Below, one piece after another: positions 32,301 to 40,805 of a stretch of DNA of 64,000 nucleotides. The first letter of the stretch is position 1; each line of letters starts with the position of its first letter. Both the position numbers and the translations under genes were made by a program. The notes below the pieces were generated by a model. The model was not told the origin of the DNA, did no database searches, and saw only the letters and a list, made by a program, of their open reading frames with translations. Source of the DNA: Candidatus Sumerlaeales bacterium (GTDB lineage: Bacteria > Sumerlaeota > Sumerlaeia > Sumerlaeales > Sumerlaeaceae); assembly GCA_038243585.1 (NCBI GenBank), contig JBBSQY010000002.1, positions 1-64,000 of the forward strand. Reading direction: 5' to 3'.

Positions 32301-32910
32301 GGATAAGGACGGCATAGGGCGGAGAAACGGATGCCGGACCGGCGGCCATGGCCGTAAGGGTTTCCATGGAATCTGTAAGGGTTATGATGTTGAGAGAAAG
32401 ATGGCGGAGTTCCCGGTAAAGATCAAACTCGCTGTCCAGCATCCGCCTGGTGGCTATGCGGGATATCTCTGAGTAGCCTTCGAAATTTTTGGCCAGCAAG
32501 ATGGCGCGCTGGGCAGGATCGCCGTGGCAAAGGGCGGGGGATGCAGACTGAAATTCTGCTTTCCATCCAGTGCTGTTTTCTCCGGGGGAGGTTGATTGGC
32601 CGTAATCATCATGCTGCGTTTCATCCAGCAGGGGAGGGATTCCACCTACGCTTTTCCTGTTGCGCAAAAGAGCTCGCTCTGCCGGATAGGGCTGGCGAAT
32701 TTCAGCGCCGATGATTGGTTGAATGCCCGCCTCAGTGGCGGCTTTAATAAATTCTATCACGCCGCTCATGCAGTTTGTGTCTGTGATGGCGACGGCTTTA
32801 GCGCCAGCGTCGACGGCCGCTGCGATTATGTCGGCGGGTGATAACGTGCTGTCGAGAAAGCTGTAATAGCTATGAACGTGCAGGTGAACGAATGACGCGG
32901 GGGGTGTCAT
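29344..32910 (-). CDS. dnaE2: Error-prone-type DNA polymerase III alpha subunit with multiple insertions
   Basis: FVHLHVHS, GRGSAANS, FERFLNPER, PDIDIDF, KIDLLG, YSFCKGHS, OB fold; coupled to the dinB-like gene. Confidence 0.9.
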   Translation of the reverse strand: MTPPASFVHLHVHSYYSFLDSTLSPADIIAAAVDAGAKAVAITDTNCMSGVIEFIKAATEAGIQPIIGAEIRQPYPAERALLRNRKSVGGIPPLLDETQHDDYGQSTSPGENSTGWKAEFQSASPALCHGDPAQRAILLAKNFEGYSEISRIATRRMLDSEFDLYRELRHLSLNIITLTDSMETLTAMAAGPASVSPPYAVLIPSRRRRLQNRATYECALRLALPMVITCDVKLATPKDVPFHTLLQAMRHLATVDHIAPKDRMDPAQHFQHPDAIRAFFGLDAHQVHDDTDHLHNALALAFDNTCHIADQCHCELPLGIWKFPRLTDTPIAPAKMLRDLVYKGLVWRYGDPLPPEVIQRADYELGVIDSNHFTDYFLLVERIVAQARRRNFFIVGRGSAANSIVSYSLGITNVCPIKHDLYFERFLNPERSVPPDIDIDFSWKERDEIIQWCFEFFGQDHVALISTIQTFRSRQSLREVAKAYGVSESEVTRFSKLRETGYRMEESYDDNNPRRGPVRKVHDLSKTEPWHGILQLATRLHGFPRHFSVHCGGIVITPGPVTDWVPLTRSAKGYAVTQYDMYSAEDLGLIKIDLLGNRSLGVLKDAITQAEKNQQHSGPCRDGSPSRPPAPRTHPANTQTFQREAVRMKMAGTRRGTTVALAGVLQNFSDANHSTPALSPDATIEEQVFNFAHITADAATHTMIHEGRTMGCFYIESPGMRALFERLRCKSYEEVVAASSIIRPGVSESGMMQEYIARHKAAPGMRKTPVTVMPLMEKILPDTHGVMVYQEDVLRVAHKVAGLTLGQADLLRRAMSGKHRSEDNIAKLAGDFLGGAVANGIEEIHALEIWRQIASFAGYSFCKGHSAAFAVLSYQVAYLKAHFPAEFFAGLLTNQGGFYGAGAYLQEARRWGIEIQGPCVNESQYDYTGTTGRDGSPSRPPLGHLRVGLLAIQNLTTHSREKILNERQKSGPYLSLKNFLQRTALGSEECRTLIKAGTLDSLASSSSNDPAHIRPAMLLQLATCLKHPSTSTDSLFPADAFFESFSFREKPAALPSHSPPAPFTRHELFAYEMETLGFPLSAHPLDLVRIPSGVIPGRDIRLHEKKRIRMAGLCIAAKLLATRNSGRTMKMLTMEDQTATFEAVLFPRVYERFAPRTLGTGPYLLEGSVDMSLGSPTLNVEKIDNRFP
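30089..30116 (-). repeat. GTAG-REP (family A) in frame within dnaE2, copy 1
   Basis: Coding strand GTAGGGACGGCTCGCCGAGCCGTCCGCC, encoding RDGSPSRPP. Confidence 0.9.
31025..31052 (-). repeat. GTAG-REP (family A) in frame within dnaE2, copy 2
   Basis: 28 bp identical to copy 1, in the same reading frame. Confidence 0.9.
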
Positions 32911-34118
32911 AGGAAACTGTCAGAGGAGGGATTCATTTTAAACTTTTTGCCGTTGGATTTATCGACGCCTCCGGCGATGAGGATTGACGCGAAGCCATGT
33001 TTTTCCCGCACCTCGTCAATGGCCTGGTACAGGCGACTGGTCCGGCGTTGTTTCTGCTCCTGGAAAAGATCGTACTGGCTATCGTCCTGCTGGTGGAGGA
33101 CGGCGGTGAGATGGATCGATCGAACACGGACGCGGCGGCAAAACGCGTGAACGGCGGCGCGGCGGACGGCGCCGATAAGGTCGTTATCGCGATCGGAGGG
33201 AGAGAAAATCCGCAGGCGGCGGGCGCAGTGATGGCCGTCGGAATAGACCAGATCGATCCGGGCCGAACAGCAGCGTGCTCCGCAGTCGCGGAGTTTCCAG
33301 GCAAGGCGCTGGGCAAGCAGCGCGGCGCCCGCTTCAATCTCATCGATCCTGCTGCTGTCGCTGGGGAAGATGTGGTTATACTGGAGAGTTTCAGCGATGG
33401 GGGTGGCCTTTACCGATTCATGAAAGATGCCCTGGGCCCGCTGCCACAGGGCATTGCCGATGCTCGGGCCATAGATGCGGCGCAGGGATTCATCGCCCAG
33501 GTGGACGAGCTGACCTATGCGCCGAATGCCGAATTCGCGAAGTTCCAGGCGGGCGTTTTTGCCGATGCCGGGGAGTAGCCCTACAGAAACGGGACCAAGG
33601 AACTCTGATTCGCAGCCAGAGAGAATCCAGATAGCGCGGCCGGGCTTGGCGACACGAGTAGCGACTTTGGCAGTAAGTTTGTTGGAGGCAATGCCAAAGG
33701 ACACGGGAAGCCCGACTTCCTGGTCAATCCGGCGGGCGAGTCGGCTCATCCATACCGTCGGGTGAGATTGCATCCATCGTTCGCAGCCGGTCAGATCCAG
33801 GAAAAATCCATCCATTTTGTCGGCCTCGACCACCGGGGCGTGATCACGGAGAAAATCAAGCAGGCGTCGGGAAGCTTTTTCATATTCCAGAAGATTCGGG
33901 GTCAGGAATATGGCCTTCTCCGCCCGGCGACGGGCGGCAGGCAGGGGCATTCCAGCGCGAACGCCCAAGGCGCGGGCCTCGTAAGATGCGCAGGCGACCA
34001 AGCCCCGGTCTGGGGTCTGGGTGCTGATGACAATGATCCTGCCTGCGAGCTGGCTATTGAGAGCACGTTCTACCGCAACGGCAAAGGCATCCACATCTAT
34101 GTAGGTGATGAGAGACAT
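32907..34118 (-). CDS. Y-family DNA polymerase (DinB-like; probably an ImuB-type inactive accessory)
   Basis: YIDVDAF, CASYEARALGVRAGMP, GIASNKLTAKVA..AKP, LPGIG, QYDLF clamp motif; catalytic DE replaced by DG. Confidence 0.88.
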   Translation of the reverse strand: MSLITYIDVDAFAVAVERALNSQLAGRIIVISTQTPDRGLVACASYEARALGVRAGMPLPAARRRAEKAIFLTPNLLEYEKASRRLLDFLRDHAPVVEADKMDGFFLDLTGCERWMQSHPTVWMSRLARRIDQEVGLPVSFGIASNKLTAKVATRVAKPGRAIWILSGCESEFLGPVSVGLLPGIGKNARLELREFGIRRIGQLVHLGDESLRRIYGPSIGNALWQRAQGIFHESVKATPIAETLQYNHIFPSDSSRIDEIEAGAALLAQRLAWKLRDCGARCCSARIDLVYSDGHHCARRLRIFSPSDRDNDLIGAVRRAAVHAFCRRVRVRSIHLTAVLHQQDDSQYDLFQEQKQRRTSRLYQAIDEVREKHGFASILIAGGVDKSNGKKFKMNPSSDSFL

Positions 34119-34142
34119 TTGAACAGCAATTCTTACGTTTAA

Positions 34143-34158
34143 TAGAACACTTGTTCTA
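34143..34158. promoter_or_regulatory. LexA (SOS) box, GAAC-N4-GTTC type
   Basis: TAGAAC-ACTT-GTTCTA about 25 nt upstream of the dinB-like start. Confidence 0.8.
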
Positions 34159-34573
34159 TAGCTTGTTGTGCTTGTTCAAGAGAAAAATATGGGATTTTGA
34201 AGGGAGGTGGGTGCGAAAGTCTGTGTTTTGAAAGATTTAAACGCAGAGGCGCGGAGAGCTGAACCTGCTGTGGGAAACGCCGGCGGTTCGGTCGTGGTCA
34301 CGCCTTCTCTGCTGGTGCGATTTGAAAGGAAATCTCCGAGGGGTGCGGCGGAAGCCCTTTTACAGGGTGCGGGCGCGAGTGAAATAGGGGCAGAGTGATG
34401 GGCGCATACCGGTTTAAGGCCGGCCACTTGCGCAATGCCTCTGTGGTGCTTGATGTCGCCAATCATCTTGCAGTCGTTTTTCCGGCAAAGTGTTTGACTG
34501 ACTGAATCGGGACAAGCCTATATTGTCGGAGTAACTTTAAAATTGATAAATCGAGAGAGGTTCCGCCCACGCC

Positions 34574-36427
34574 ATGTCCCATGATTCCCAGTTAATCGAG
34601 GCTTTAAAGGCCAAGGCAAACGTGTTGCGCATTGATTCTATCCGCAGCACCACTGCGGCGGGATCAGGCCATCCGACTTCCTGTATGTCCGCGGCTGAAA
34701 TTGTTTCTGTGCTTTTTTTTCATGAAATGACATGGGACCCTCAGAACGCGGAAAATCCGGCGGCGGATCACTTTATATTGTCCAAGGGCCATAGCGCGCC
34801 GATTCTTTATGCCGCATGGGCAGAGGCGGGCGTTTTCCCCAAAGAGAAGCTGGACACCCTGCGTGAAATCGACAGCAAGCTGGAGGGCCATCCAACGCCG
34901 CGTCTTCCGTTTGTAGATGTGGCAACCGGTTCGCTGGGGCAGGGCCTGGGCGCGGGCGTGGGACTCGCGATCAACTCGCGCGACCTTGATAAGACGAATT
35001 ACCGCACTTATGTCCTTTTGGGCGACGGTGAGTCTGCCGAGGGCAGCGTATGGGAAGCGGCGGCGCTGGCGAGCTATTACAAATTAAACAACTTAGTGGC
35101 TATCATTGACGTTAACCGCCTGGGACAGAGCCAGGAAACGGCGCTGGAGCATGATACCGAAACCTTCCGAGCGCGTTTTGAGGCGTTCGGCTGGGAGGCG
35201 GTGGCCTTGGACGGGCATGACGTAACGGCCCTGCTGGATGCTTTGGAGCAGGCTCGGAAATCCGAAAAGCCATTTTGCATCGTCGCCTGCACATACAAAG
35301 GGATGGGCGTGGAAGCGTTAAGAGACCAACCGGGCTGGCATGGCAAGCCACTGAGCAAGGAAGATGCGGAGAAGGCTTACAAAGAAATTGAGGCCGCCGG
35401 CATAACAAGCGATTACGCGCTGAAGATTAAAAAGCCTGAGGACGTGAAGCGTCCGCCTGTCGAGACAAAGGCTATGGCTGATCCCGGCTATAAAAAAGGG
35501 GAAGAAATCGCGACTCGTGAAGCTTACGGCGAAGCGTTGGCCCGGCTGGGCGCGGCGCGCTCTAATGTCGTGGCGCTGGATGCTGATACCAAGAACTCCA
35601 CCTTCAGCGACAAGTTTCTGAAAGCTTTTCCCGACAGGTTCGTGGAATGTTTCATCGCCGAGCAGAACATGATCAGCGTCGCGGCGGGCTTGGCGGCCGT
35701 GAAAAAGATACCGTTCGCTTCTACCTTTGCGGTATTTTTGTCCCGCGGTTTTGACCAGGTCCGCATGGCCGGAATCAGCCGATCCAACATTAAGTTGTGC
35801 GGCAGCCACGTGGGCATTTCCATTGGTGAAGATGGCCCGTCTCAGATGGGACTTGAAGATATCGCGTTGTTTCGGACAATTCCTGGCGGAGTGGTGTTTT
35901 ATCCAAGCGATGCCGTATCGGCAGACGCCGCGGTGCGCCTGGCCGCGGAGCACGAAGGTTTTGCCTATATCCGAACTTCCCGCCCAAAAACGCCCGTCAT
36001 CTATAACGACACCAACGACCTGAAAATTGGCAAGGCAAACGTTGTACTTCAAAGCGAGAACGACGTCGTTACTATAGCATCGGGCGGCGTAACACTGTTT
36101 GAGGCTCTTAAAGCGGCAGAGACGCTGAAAGGTGAAGGAATCGGTGTGCGAGTAATCGATCTATTCACGGTGAAGCCCCTTGATGCCGATTGCCTGCTGA
36201 AAAACGCCACGGAAACGGGCGGCAAATTGATAACAGTTGAGGATCATTATTTGGAAGGCGGGATTGGCGATGCCGTTTCGTCGGCCTTGTCTGAAAGTGC
36301 TGTTCGCGTATACAAAATAGGCGTGGTAGGAGTGCCACATTCCGGCCCCGCAGATGCGTTGCTGGCGGAATTCGGCATTGATGCAAAGGCGATCGCGGAT
36401 CGTGTGCGCGCTGTGGTGAAGTTGTAG
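34574..36427 (+). CDS. tkt: Transketolase (compact single-chain type)
   Basis: GSGHPTSC, LSKGH, LEGHP, GSLGQG, GDGESAEGSVWEA, IAEQNM, GEDGPSQM. Confidence 0.95.
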   Translation: MSHDSQLIEALKAKANVLRIDSIRSTTAAGSGHPTSCMSAAEIVSVLFFHEMTWDPQNAENPAADHFILSKGHSAPILYAAWAEAGVFPKEKLDTLREIDSKLEGHPTPRLPFVDVATGSLGQGLGAGVGLAINSRDLDKTNYRTYVLLGDGESAEGSVWEAAALASYYKLNNLVAIIDVNRLGQSQETALEHDTETFRARFEAFGWEAVALDGHDVTALLDALEQARKSEKPFCIVACTYKGMGVEALRDQPGWHGKPLSKEDAEKAYKEIEAAGITSDYALKIKKPEDVKRPPVETKAMADPGYKKGEEIATREAYGEALARLGAARSNVVALDADTKNSTFSDKFLKAFPDRFVECFIAEQNMISVAAGLAAVKKIPFASTFAVFLSRGFDQVRMAGISRSNIKLCGSHVGISIGEDGPSQMGLEDIALFRTIPGGVVFYPSDAVSADAAVRLAAEHEGFAYIRTSRPKTPVIYNDTNDLKIGKANVVLQSENDVVTIASGGVTLFEALKAAETLKGEGIGVRVIDLFTVKPLDADCLLKNATETGGKLITVEDHYLEGGIGDAVSSALSESAVRVYKIGVVGVPHSGPADALLAEFGIDAKAIADRVRAVVKL

Positions 36428-36477
36428 TTGGAACTATGACGTAGCGGCGCGAAACAAAGTAAACTGGAATGAGATCT

Positions 36478-36514
36478 AACGACCCCTGCCCACATTTGGG
36501 TCAGGGGTCGTTTT
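36478..36514 (+). terminator. Intrinsic terminator after tkt
   Basis: AACGACCCCTG...CAGGGGTCGTT followed by TTGTTT. Confidence 0.8.
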
Positions 36515-36580
36515 GTTTCGGCGGATGGTACGGGTTGTGCTGATTGATTTGTGCTAGATTAGCTAAGGAGATTTAGTAAT

Positions 36581-36886
36581 TTGGACGTTCTGGGGTACAC
36601 AATAGACACCGTGCTAGAGTGGGTGCTTGCTGGTGTTGTTTTTCTTCTGGCGATAATCGCGGCGTTTTATGTCGGGAGATTCTTGCTGCGGTACACCACG
36701 GGAATGGTGGGGGGCTTTATTTTGTTGTTAGTCGGGATGGGTATGATTTTGGGCCCATCCTTTTACTTGATCAGCACTGACGATGTTCCGACACTGCGCA
36801 TTATATTAAGCGCCACATCAATCTTTATCGGGTGTGCGGCGGTGCTGGCCGGAGCGTTTTCGCTCACAAGCTTTCGAGATTTTTAA
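36581..36886 (+). CDS. Small 3-TM membrane protein
   Basis: RBS AAGGAG, TTG start, three hydrophobic helices. Confidence 0.7.
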   Translation: MDVLGYTIDTVLEWVLAGVVFLLAIIAAFYVGRFLLRYTTGMVGGFILLLVGMGMILGPSFYLISTDDVPTLRIILSATSIFIGCAAVLAGAFSLTSFRDF

Positions 36887-36930
36887 CAAAATCCTGGGAC
36901 CGGGCGGATGCACCCGGCCCCCAAAAGATT

Positions 36931-37677
36931 TTACTGAAAAAGCTGCCAGTCCGAGGCCGCGTTGGTGGGGTTGGCGGTTACTGCTGTACCACCGCCGATA
37001 GTAACGCCTCCATTTTTAGCCAAGGCCTTGCCATCAAGGGTTGCTCCGGTTTCCATAGTAATGGAAATACCAGCTAAGATAGTGCCTTTAATAATGGAGG
37101 TAGTACCAAAAGTTGCTGAAGTGCCAATTTGCCAGAAGATGTTCTTTGGTTGTGCACCGCGAACCAGAATGACCTTTCTTCCGGATGTCATCGTAAACGT
37201 GCTGGCGATTTGAAATATGAAGACCGCGTTTGGATCGCCCTGGCCATCTAATGTCAGGTCTCCGGATGAAACCGCAAGAGAAGATGTTGATTTGTAGAGG
37301 CCCGGCGGAAGCGTCTGCCCGCCCAAATTTCCTGCCACGGTTACCGGCGCTGTTGAACGTCCACTTGCATCGTCATACGCAACAGCAAGGGCGGCCTGTG
37401 CATTGGCTGCTACCGGTCCGCCGGCATAAGTATTTCCCGTTACAATTCCAGGAGGAAAACCTGTGATGGCCGTTCCTGGATACACCCCGAGATCGCCATT
37501 GATTATAGTTTGAGGACCGGGAGCATTTGTGACTGTTGTTCCAGCCAAAACTCCAAAACTTGCGGCAACTCCCAGATCTACAGGTTGTTCCGCTGCACCT
37601 GCACCAGCAGTCATTCCCAATGCCAGAAATCCACATAGCACTGTCTTGGTCACATAAGCTGCATTATAAGTTTTCAT
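36931..37677 (-). CDS. Secreted ice-binding-like protein (DUF3494)
   Basis: Signal peptide; VDLGVAASFGVLAG, GDLGVYPG, TLPPGLYK, LTLDGQGDPNAVFIFQI, NIFWQIG. Confidence 0.92.
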   Translation of the reverse strand: MKTYNAAYVTKTVLCGFLALGMTAGAGAAEQPVDLGVAASFGVLAGTTVTNAPGPQTIINGDLGVYPGTAITGFPPGIVTGNTYAGGPVAANAQAALAVAYDDASGRSTAPVTVAGNLGGQTLPPGLYKSTSSLAVSSGDLTLDGQGDPNAVFIFQIASTFTMTSGRKVILVRGAQPKNIFWQIGTSATFGTTSIIKGTILAGISITMETGATLDGKALAKNGGVTIGGGTAVTANPTNAASDWQLFQ

Positions 37678-37773
37678 AATGTAACGACTGCCGATAATCT
37701 TGCAAATTCGACTTCGTCTTAACTTAGTTGGTGATTCATGCAAAGATGTTGCTGTTATCAGGCGATATGGGTT

Positions 37774-38901
37774 TTAGGCGTGCCATTGGTAACTACGGCG
37801 CATCAGAAAAAGTGCTATTACCGCGAAAACAACGGTCGGCAGTACTGTCGCGGCGGCGGGGGGAATTGTGCCCGATCTTCCGAGGGCCTGAAGCAGCGCA
37901 TTAACCAGGTAGTAAACTACGGCCCAGCTGATGCCGATGCCTATAATCTTCATTGCTGTGCCGGCGCGGCTTTTTATTGCGTAAGCAAAACCGATAATCA
38001 TAACGACCAGAATGCCCGCTGGAAAAGTGATTTTCCGGAGCAAATCCGTGCGGATATCCTGCGTTGGCTGGTCTCGCGCCTCCAGTATTTCCGCGCGCTG
38101 CTTAAGCTGATGGTAATTCATTTCTTCAGGTTTTGCCTGTTGCGCCATTATCGCTGGGAGATCGGCTTCAAGAAAAATTGTTTGAGAACTATGTGACGCG
38201 GTATGAGTGGTAATCCTGCCTTCTCCGTCAAAGGTCCATGTCCGTGGATTTTCAAACAACCATTCAGTAGTGTCGTCTGCAGAATTTTCGCCTGCAAAAG
38301 TTGCGGTATCCCCCTCAATACGGGAAACGATTGTAGAATGATCCGGGTTCAGATTAATAATGGTCGGGCGAATCATCTTGTTTTCCGCGTTCGAATATAC
38401 GCGTGCCATGTAAAACCAGTCGGTGCGTCCCTGGGCGAACACATTCGCGTTCATAGTGATCTCCCGTGTATCGCGGTCTTCCAGCATAAGTTCATAAATC
38501 TGGCTTGTGCGCTCGAGGGGCGGTACTACGTATTCATTCATGACAAATGTGCCGGCAACAATCAGCGCGCCGCCAAATAATATGGGTAGCGAAAGACGAA
38601 AAGCGTGTACGCCGCTGGTGAGCATGGCGAGTACTTCGTTTGTGCGGGCGAGGGATCCGATGGAAAAGAGCACAGCCAGCATGGCAGCAATGGGAACGAT
38701 CTGCATCAGCTGGCCCGGCAGCGAGGATAAAAAGAAAATCGCCACGGTAGACATTGGCGCGCCGAACTCCAGGATTTCGCTGAACCGGTCAAATATGGAG
38801 GCGACTAGCAGCAATAGTGCGCAGAAAGCGATAACAGCGATAAAGGCGAGTATGAACTCGCGGAACAGGTAGCGGTCAAGGATTATGGGGCGAAGATTCA
38901 T
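37774..38901 (-). CDS. LptF/LptG LPS export permease
   Basis: ILDRYLFREF, NEVLAMLTSG, NEYVVP, periplasmic beta-domain, six TM helices. Confidence 0.9.
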   Translation of the reverse strand: MNLRPIILDRYLFREFILAFIAVIAFCALLLLVASIFDRFSEILEFGAPMSTVAIFFLSSLPGQLMQIVPIAAMLAVLFSIGSLARTNEVLAMLTSGVHAFRLSLPILFGGALIVAGTFVMNEYVVPPLERTSQIYELMLEDRDTREITMNANVFAQGRTDWFYMARVYSNAENKMIRPTIINLNPDHSTIVSRIEGDTATFAGENSADDTTEWLFENPRTWTFDGEGRITTHTASHSSQTIFLEADLPAIMAQQAKPEEMNYHQLKQRAEILEARDQPTQDIRTDLLRKITFPAGILVVMIIGFAYAIKSRAGTAMKIIGIGISWAVVYYLVNALLQALGRSGTIPPAAATVLPTVVFAVIALFLMRRSYQWHA

Positions 38902-38987
38902 GGGGCGATTATACAGTCATAATGAAGATAACTTGTTTTGATTTTTGGCCGGATCCATTTTGGACTTATCGGACCCGGCCAAAATCT

Positions 38988-39743
38988 TTAGTTCTTTGTG
39001 AAAATAATGAAGCCAACTTCTTGGAGTTTCTGCAGCCAGGCAGCATATCCAGCAGGGGTTAAATGAACTCCATCGCCTGTAAACTCGTCCTTCAGCTCAC
39101 CCTTTTCATCTTCCATTGTGGGATGTAAATCAAGGTAGATCGTTCCGGATTTTTCCGCCAGTTCCTTTGCCAGAGCGTTCAGCTTATCGACATTTTCGTT
39201 TAGGTATGCATTCTTCTTTGAAGTCGGCAATACGCTCTGTAGCACGATCTGTGTCTCGGGCAAAGCCTGCTTGAGCATCGTAAACATATTTTCATACTGA
39301 GGAAGCACTTCCTCTGGTGTTTCTTTTCCGCCCCAGAAGTCGTTGACGCCGATCATTACAAACACAACGGCCGGCCGCGCCTGTTTAATAAGATCGATGC
39401 GGGAGGTAAGTCCCGTTCCTGCGCTGGGGCGATCAATCTGGTCCCCGCTAATTCCCTGATTAACTACGAGCATGCCATTGACGGTTTCGGGCATGGCCTC
39501 CTTACGGAAAAAGCCTTCGGTGATGGAATCGCCCACCATGACAATCGTGCCTGTGGTAGTTGGCGGCAAGGCGGCGATATCTTTGCGTATCTGTTCAACT
39601 CGAGCATCGAAGTGACTTTGTTTAACTACGACTTTTTGAGCGGTTTCCGTGGCGGTTGTTGCTGCAGTTTGCGCCGGGAGATTTTTTGTTGTAGCTGCCG
39701 CAGAGACAGCGACGGCTGTTAGCAGCGCATAACGAATTTTCAT
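38988..39743 (-). CDS. Secreted SGNH/GDSL hydrolase
   Basis: GDSIT, NQGISGD, GVND, DGVHL; signal peptide. Confidence 0.9.
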   Translation of the reverse strand: MKIRYALLTAVAVSAAATTKNLPAQTAATTATETAQKVVVKQSHFDARVEQIRKDIAALPPTTTGTIVMVGDSITEGFFRKEAMPETVNGMLVVNQGISGDQIDRPSAGTGLTSRIDLIKQARPAVVFVMIGVNDFWGGKETPEEVLPQYENMFTMLKQALPETQIVLQSVLPTSKKNAYLNENVDKLNALAKELAEKSGTIYLDLHPTMEDEKGELKDEFTGDGVHLTPAGYAAWLQKLQEVGFIIFTKN

Positions 39744-39856
39744 ATTTATTGTTCCTTTCAGATTTGGAGCGTTAAAAATAAACTCACAATTTCCGTTGAT
39801 ACCGAACTTCTTCATGAGCGCAATTGAATTCTAAATTTCATAAAGAAGGATCATCA

Positions 39857-40714
39857 ATGAAAGTCGGCTTTATTGACCACCATTTAAACAATTACCACGC
39901 CGATAAGTTTTTTTCCATCTTTAAGGATGGGAAGGCGGGAGATGGTATTGAAATTGTGGCCGCCTATGAAAGTCATCCTGATGATAAGGAAGACTGGTGC
40001 TTAAAGAACGGGGTGCCAAAGGCAGGTTCCGCTGCGGAGGTTGTCGAAAAGGCCGACGCCATTATGGTCCTGGCGCCGGATAATTTCGAGGCGCACCTTG
40101 TACTAAGCGCCGAGGCGGTAAGGAGCGGCAAACCGGTTCTGATTGACAAGGCACTGGCCAAAAACCTCGAAGACGCACGGACAATCATTTCCGACGCCCA
40201 CAACGCCGGTACTCCTGTCATGTCCGCATCGCCGCTGCGCTTTTCCATGGAGCTTGAGGAACTGATCGCCCGGGTGGGCGAAGGGCCCTATGACGGCATT
40301 TTTAGCCGCGGATTCGGCAAATGGCGTGGGTATGCAGTACATTCCATCCAGCCGGCACTGCGCCTGCTGGGTGGGCGTGTGAAGCGCGTAATCGACACCG
40401 GCCAGGGAAGTAACCATAACATCACGATTGAAAACGCTGATGGTCGTCGCGCTGTGGTAGAAATTCGCGAGTGCGACAACCAATTCGACGCTACGCCCTG
40501 GCAGATAGGGGTCCTTCGTGATAAGAAATATGAGATTGTGACCGTAAAGCAATTCGATGAATTTTATGTAAACCTGCTAAAAGAAGCCGTGCAGTTTTTC
40601 CGAACTGGTCAGTCGCCCGTTCCTGTGGAGGAAATGCTCGACGAGGTCATGGTGGAAGTTGCGGCGGATAGCTCGTTTAACAGCGGAGGCCAGTGGGTCG
40701 AAGTGGGACTTTAG
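39857..40714 (+). CDS. Gfo/Idh/MocA-family oxidoreductase
   Basis: GKPVLIDK, MSASPLRF, YAVH; RBS AAGGA. Confidence 0.8.
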   Translation: MKVGFIDHHLNNYHADKFFSIFKDGKAGDGIEIVAAYESHPDDKEDWCLKNGVPKAGSAAEVVEKADAIMVLAPDNFEAHLVLSAEAVRSGKPVLIDKALAKNLEDARTIISDAHNAGTPVMSASPLRFSMELEELIARVGEGPYDGIFSRGFGKWRGYAVHSIQPALRLLGGRVKRVIDTGQGSNHNITIENADGRRAVVEIRECDNQFDATPWQIGVLRDKKYEIVTVKQFDEFYVNLLKEAVQFFRTGQSPVPVEEMLDEVMVEVAADSSFNSGGQWVEVGL

Positions 40715-40805
40715 GACACCATGCGTCTGGTATAAAAATGGCATCGAATCTCCCCTAAAAAGACTGGATCAACCTGAAATGCCTGATGCGCCTCATCTAT
40801 TTGAT

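Noticed and set aside
34176..34466. Short ORFs between the dinB-like gene and tkt
   Set aside because: No RBS or motif support; likely divergent promoter region with repeat debris.
38940..38987. Hairpins at 38940-38987 and 36887-36932 as a repeat family
   Set aside because: Only loosely similar; adequately explained as terminators.
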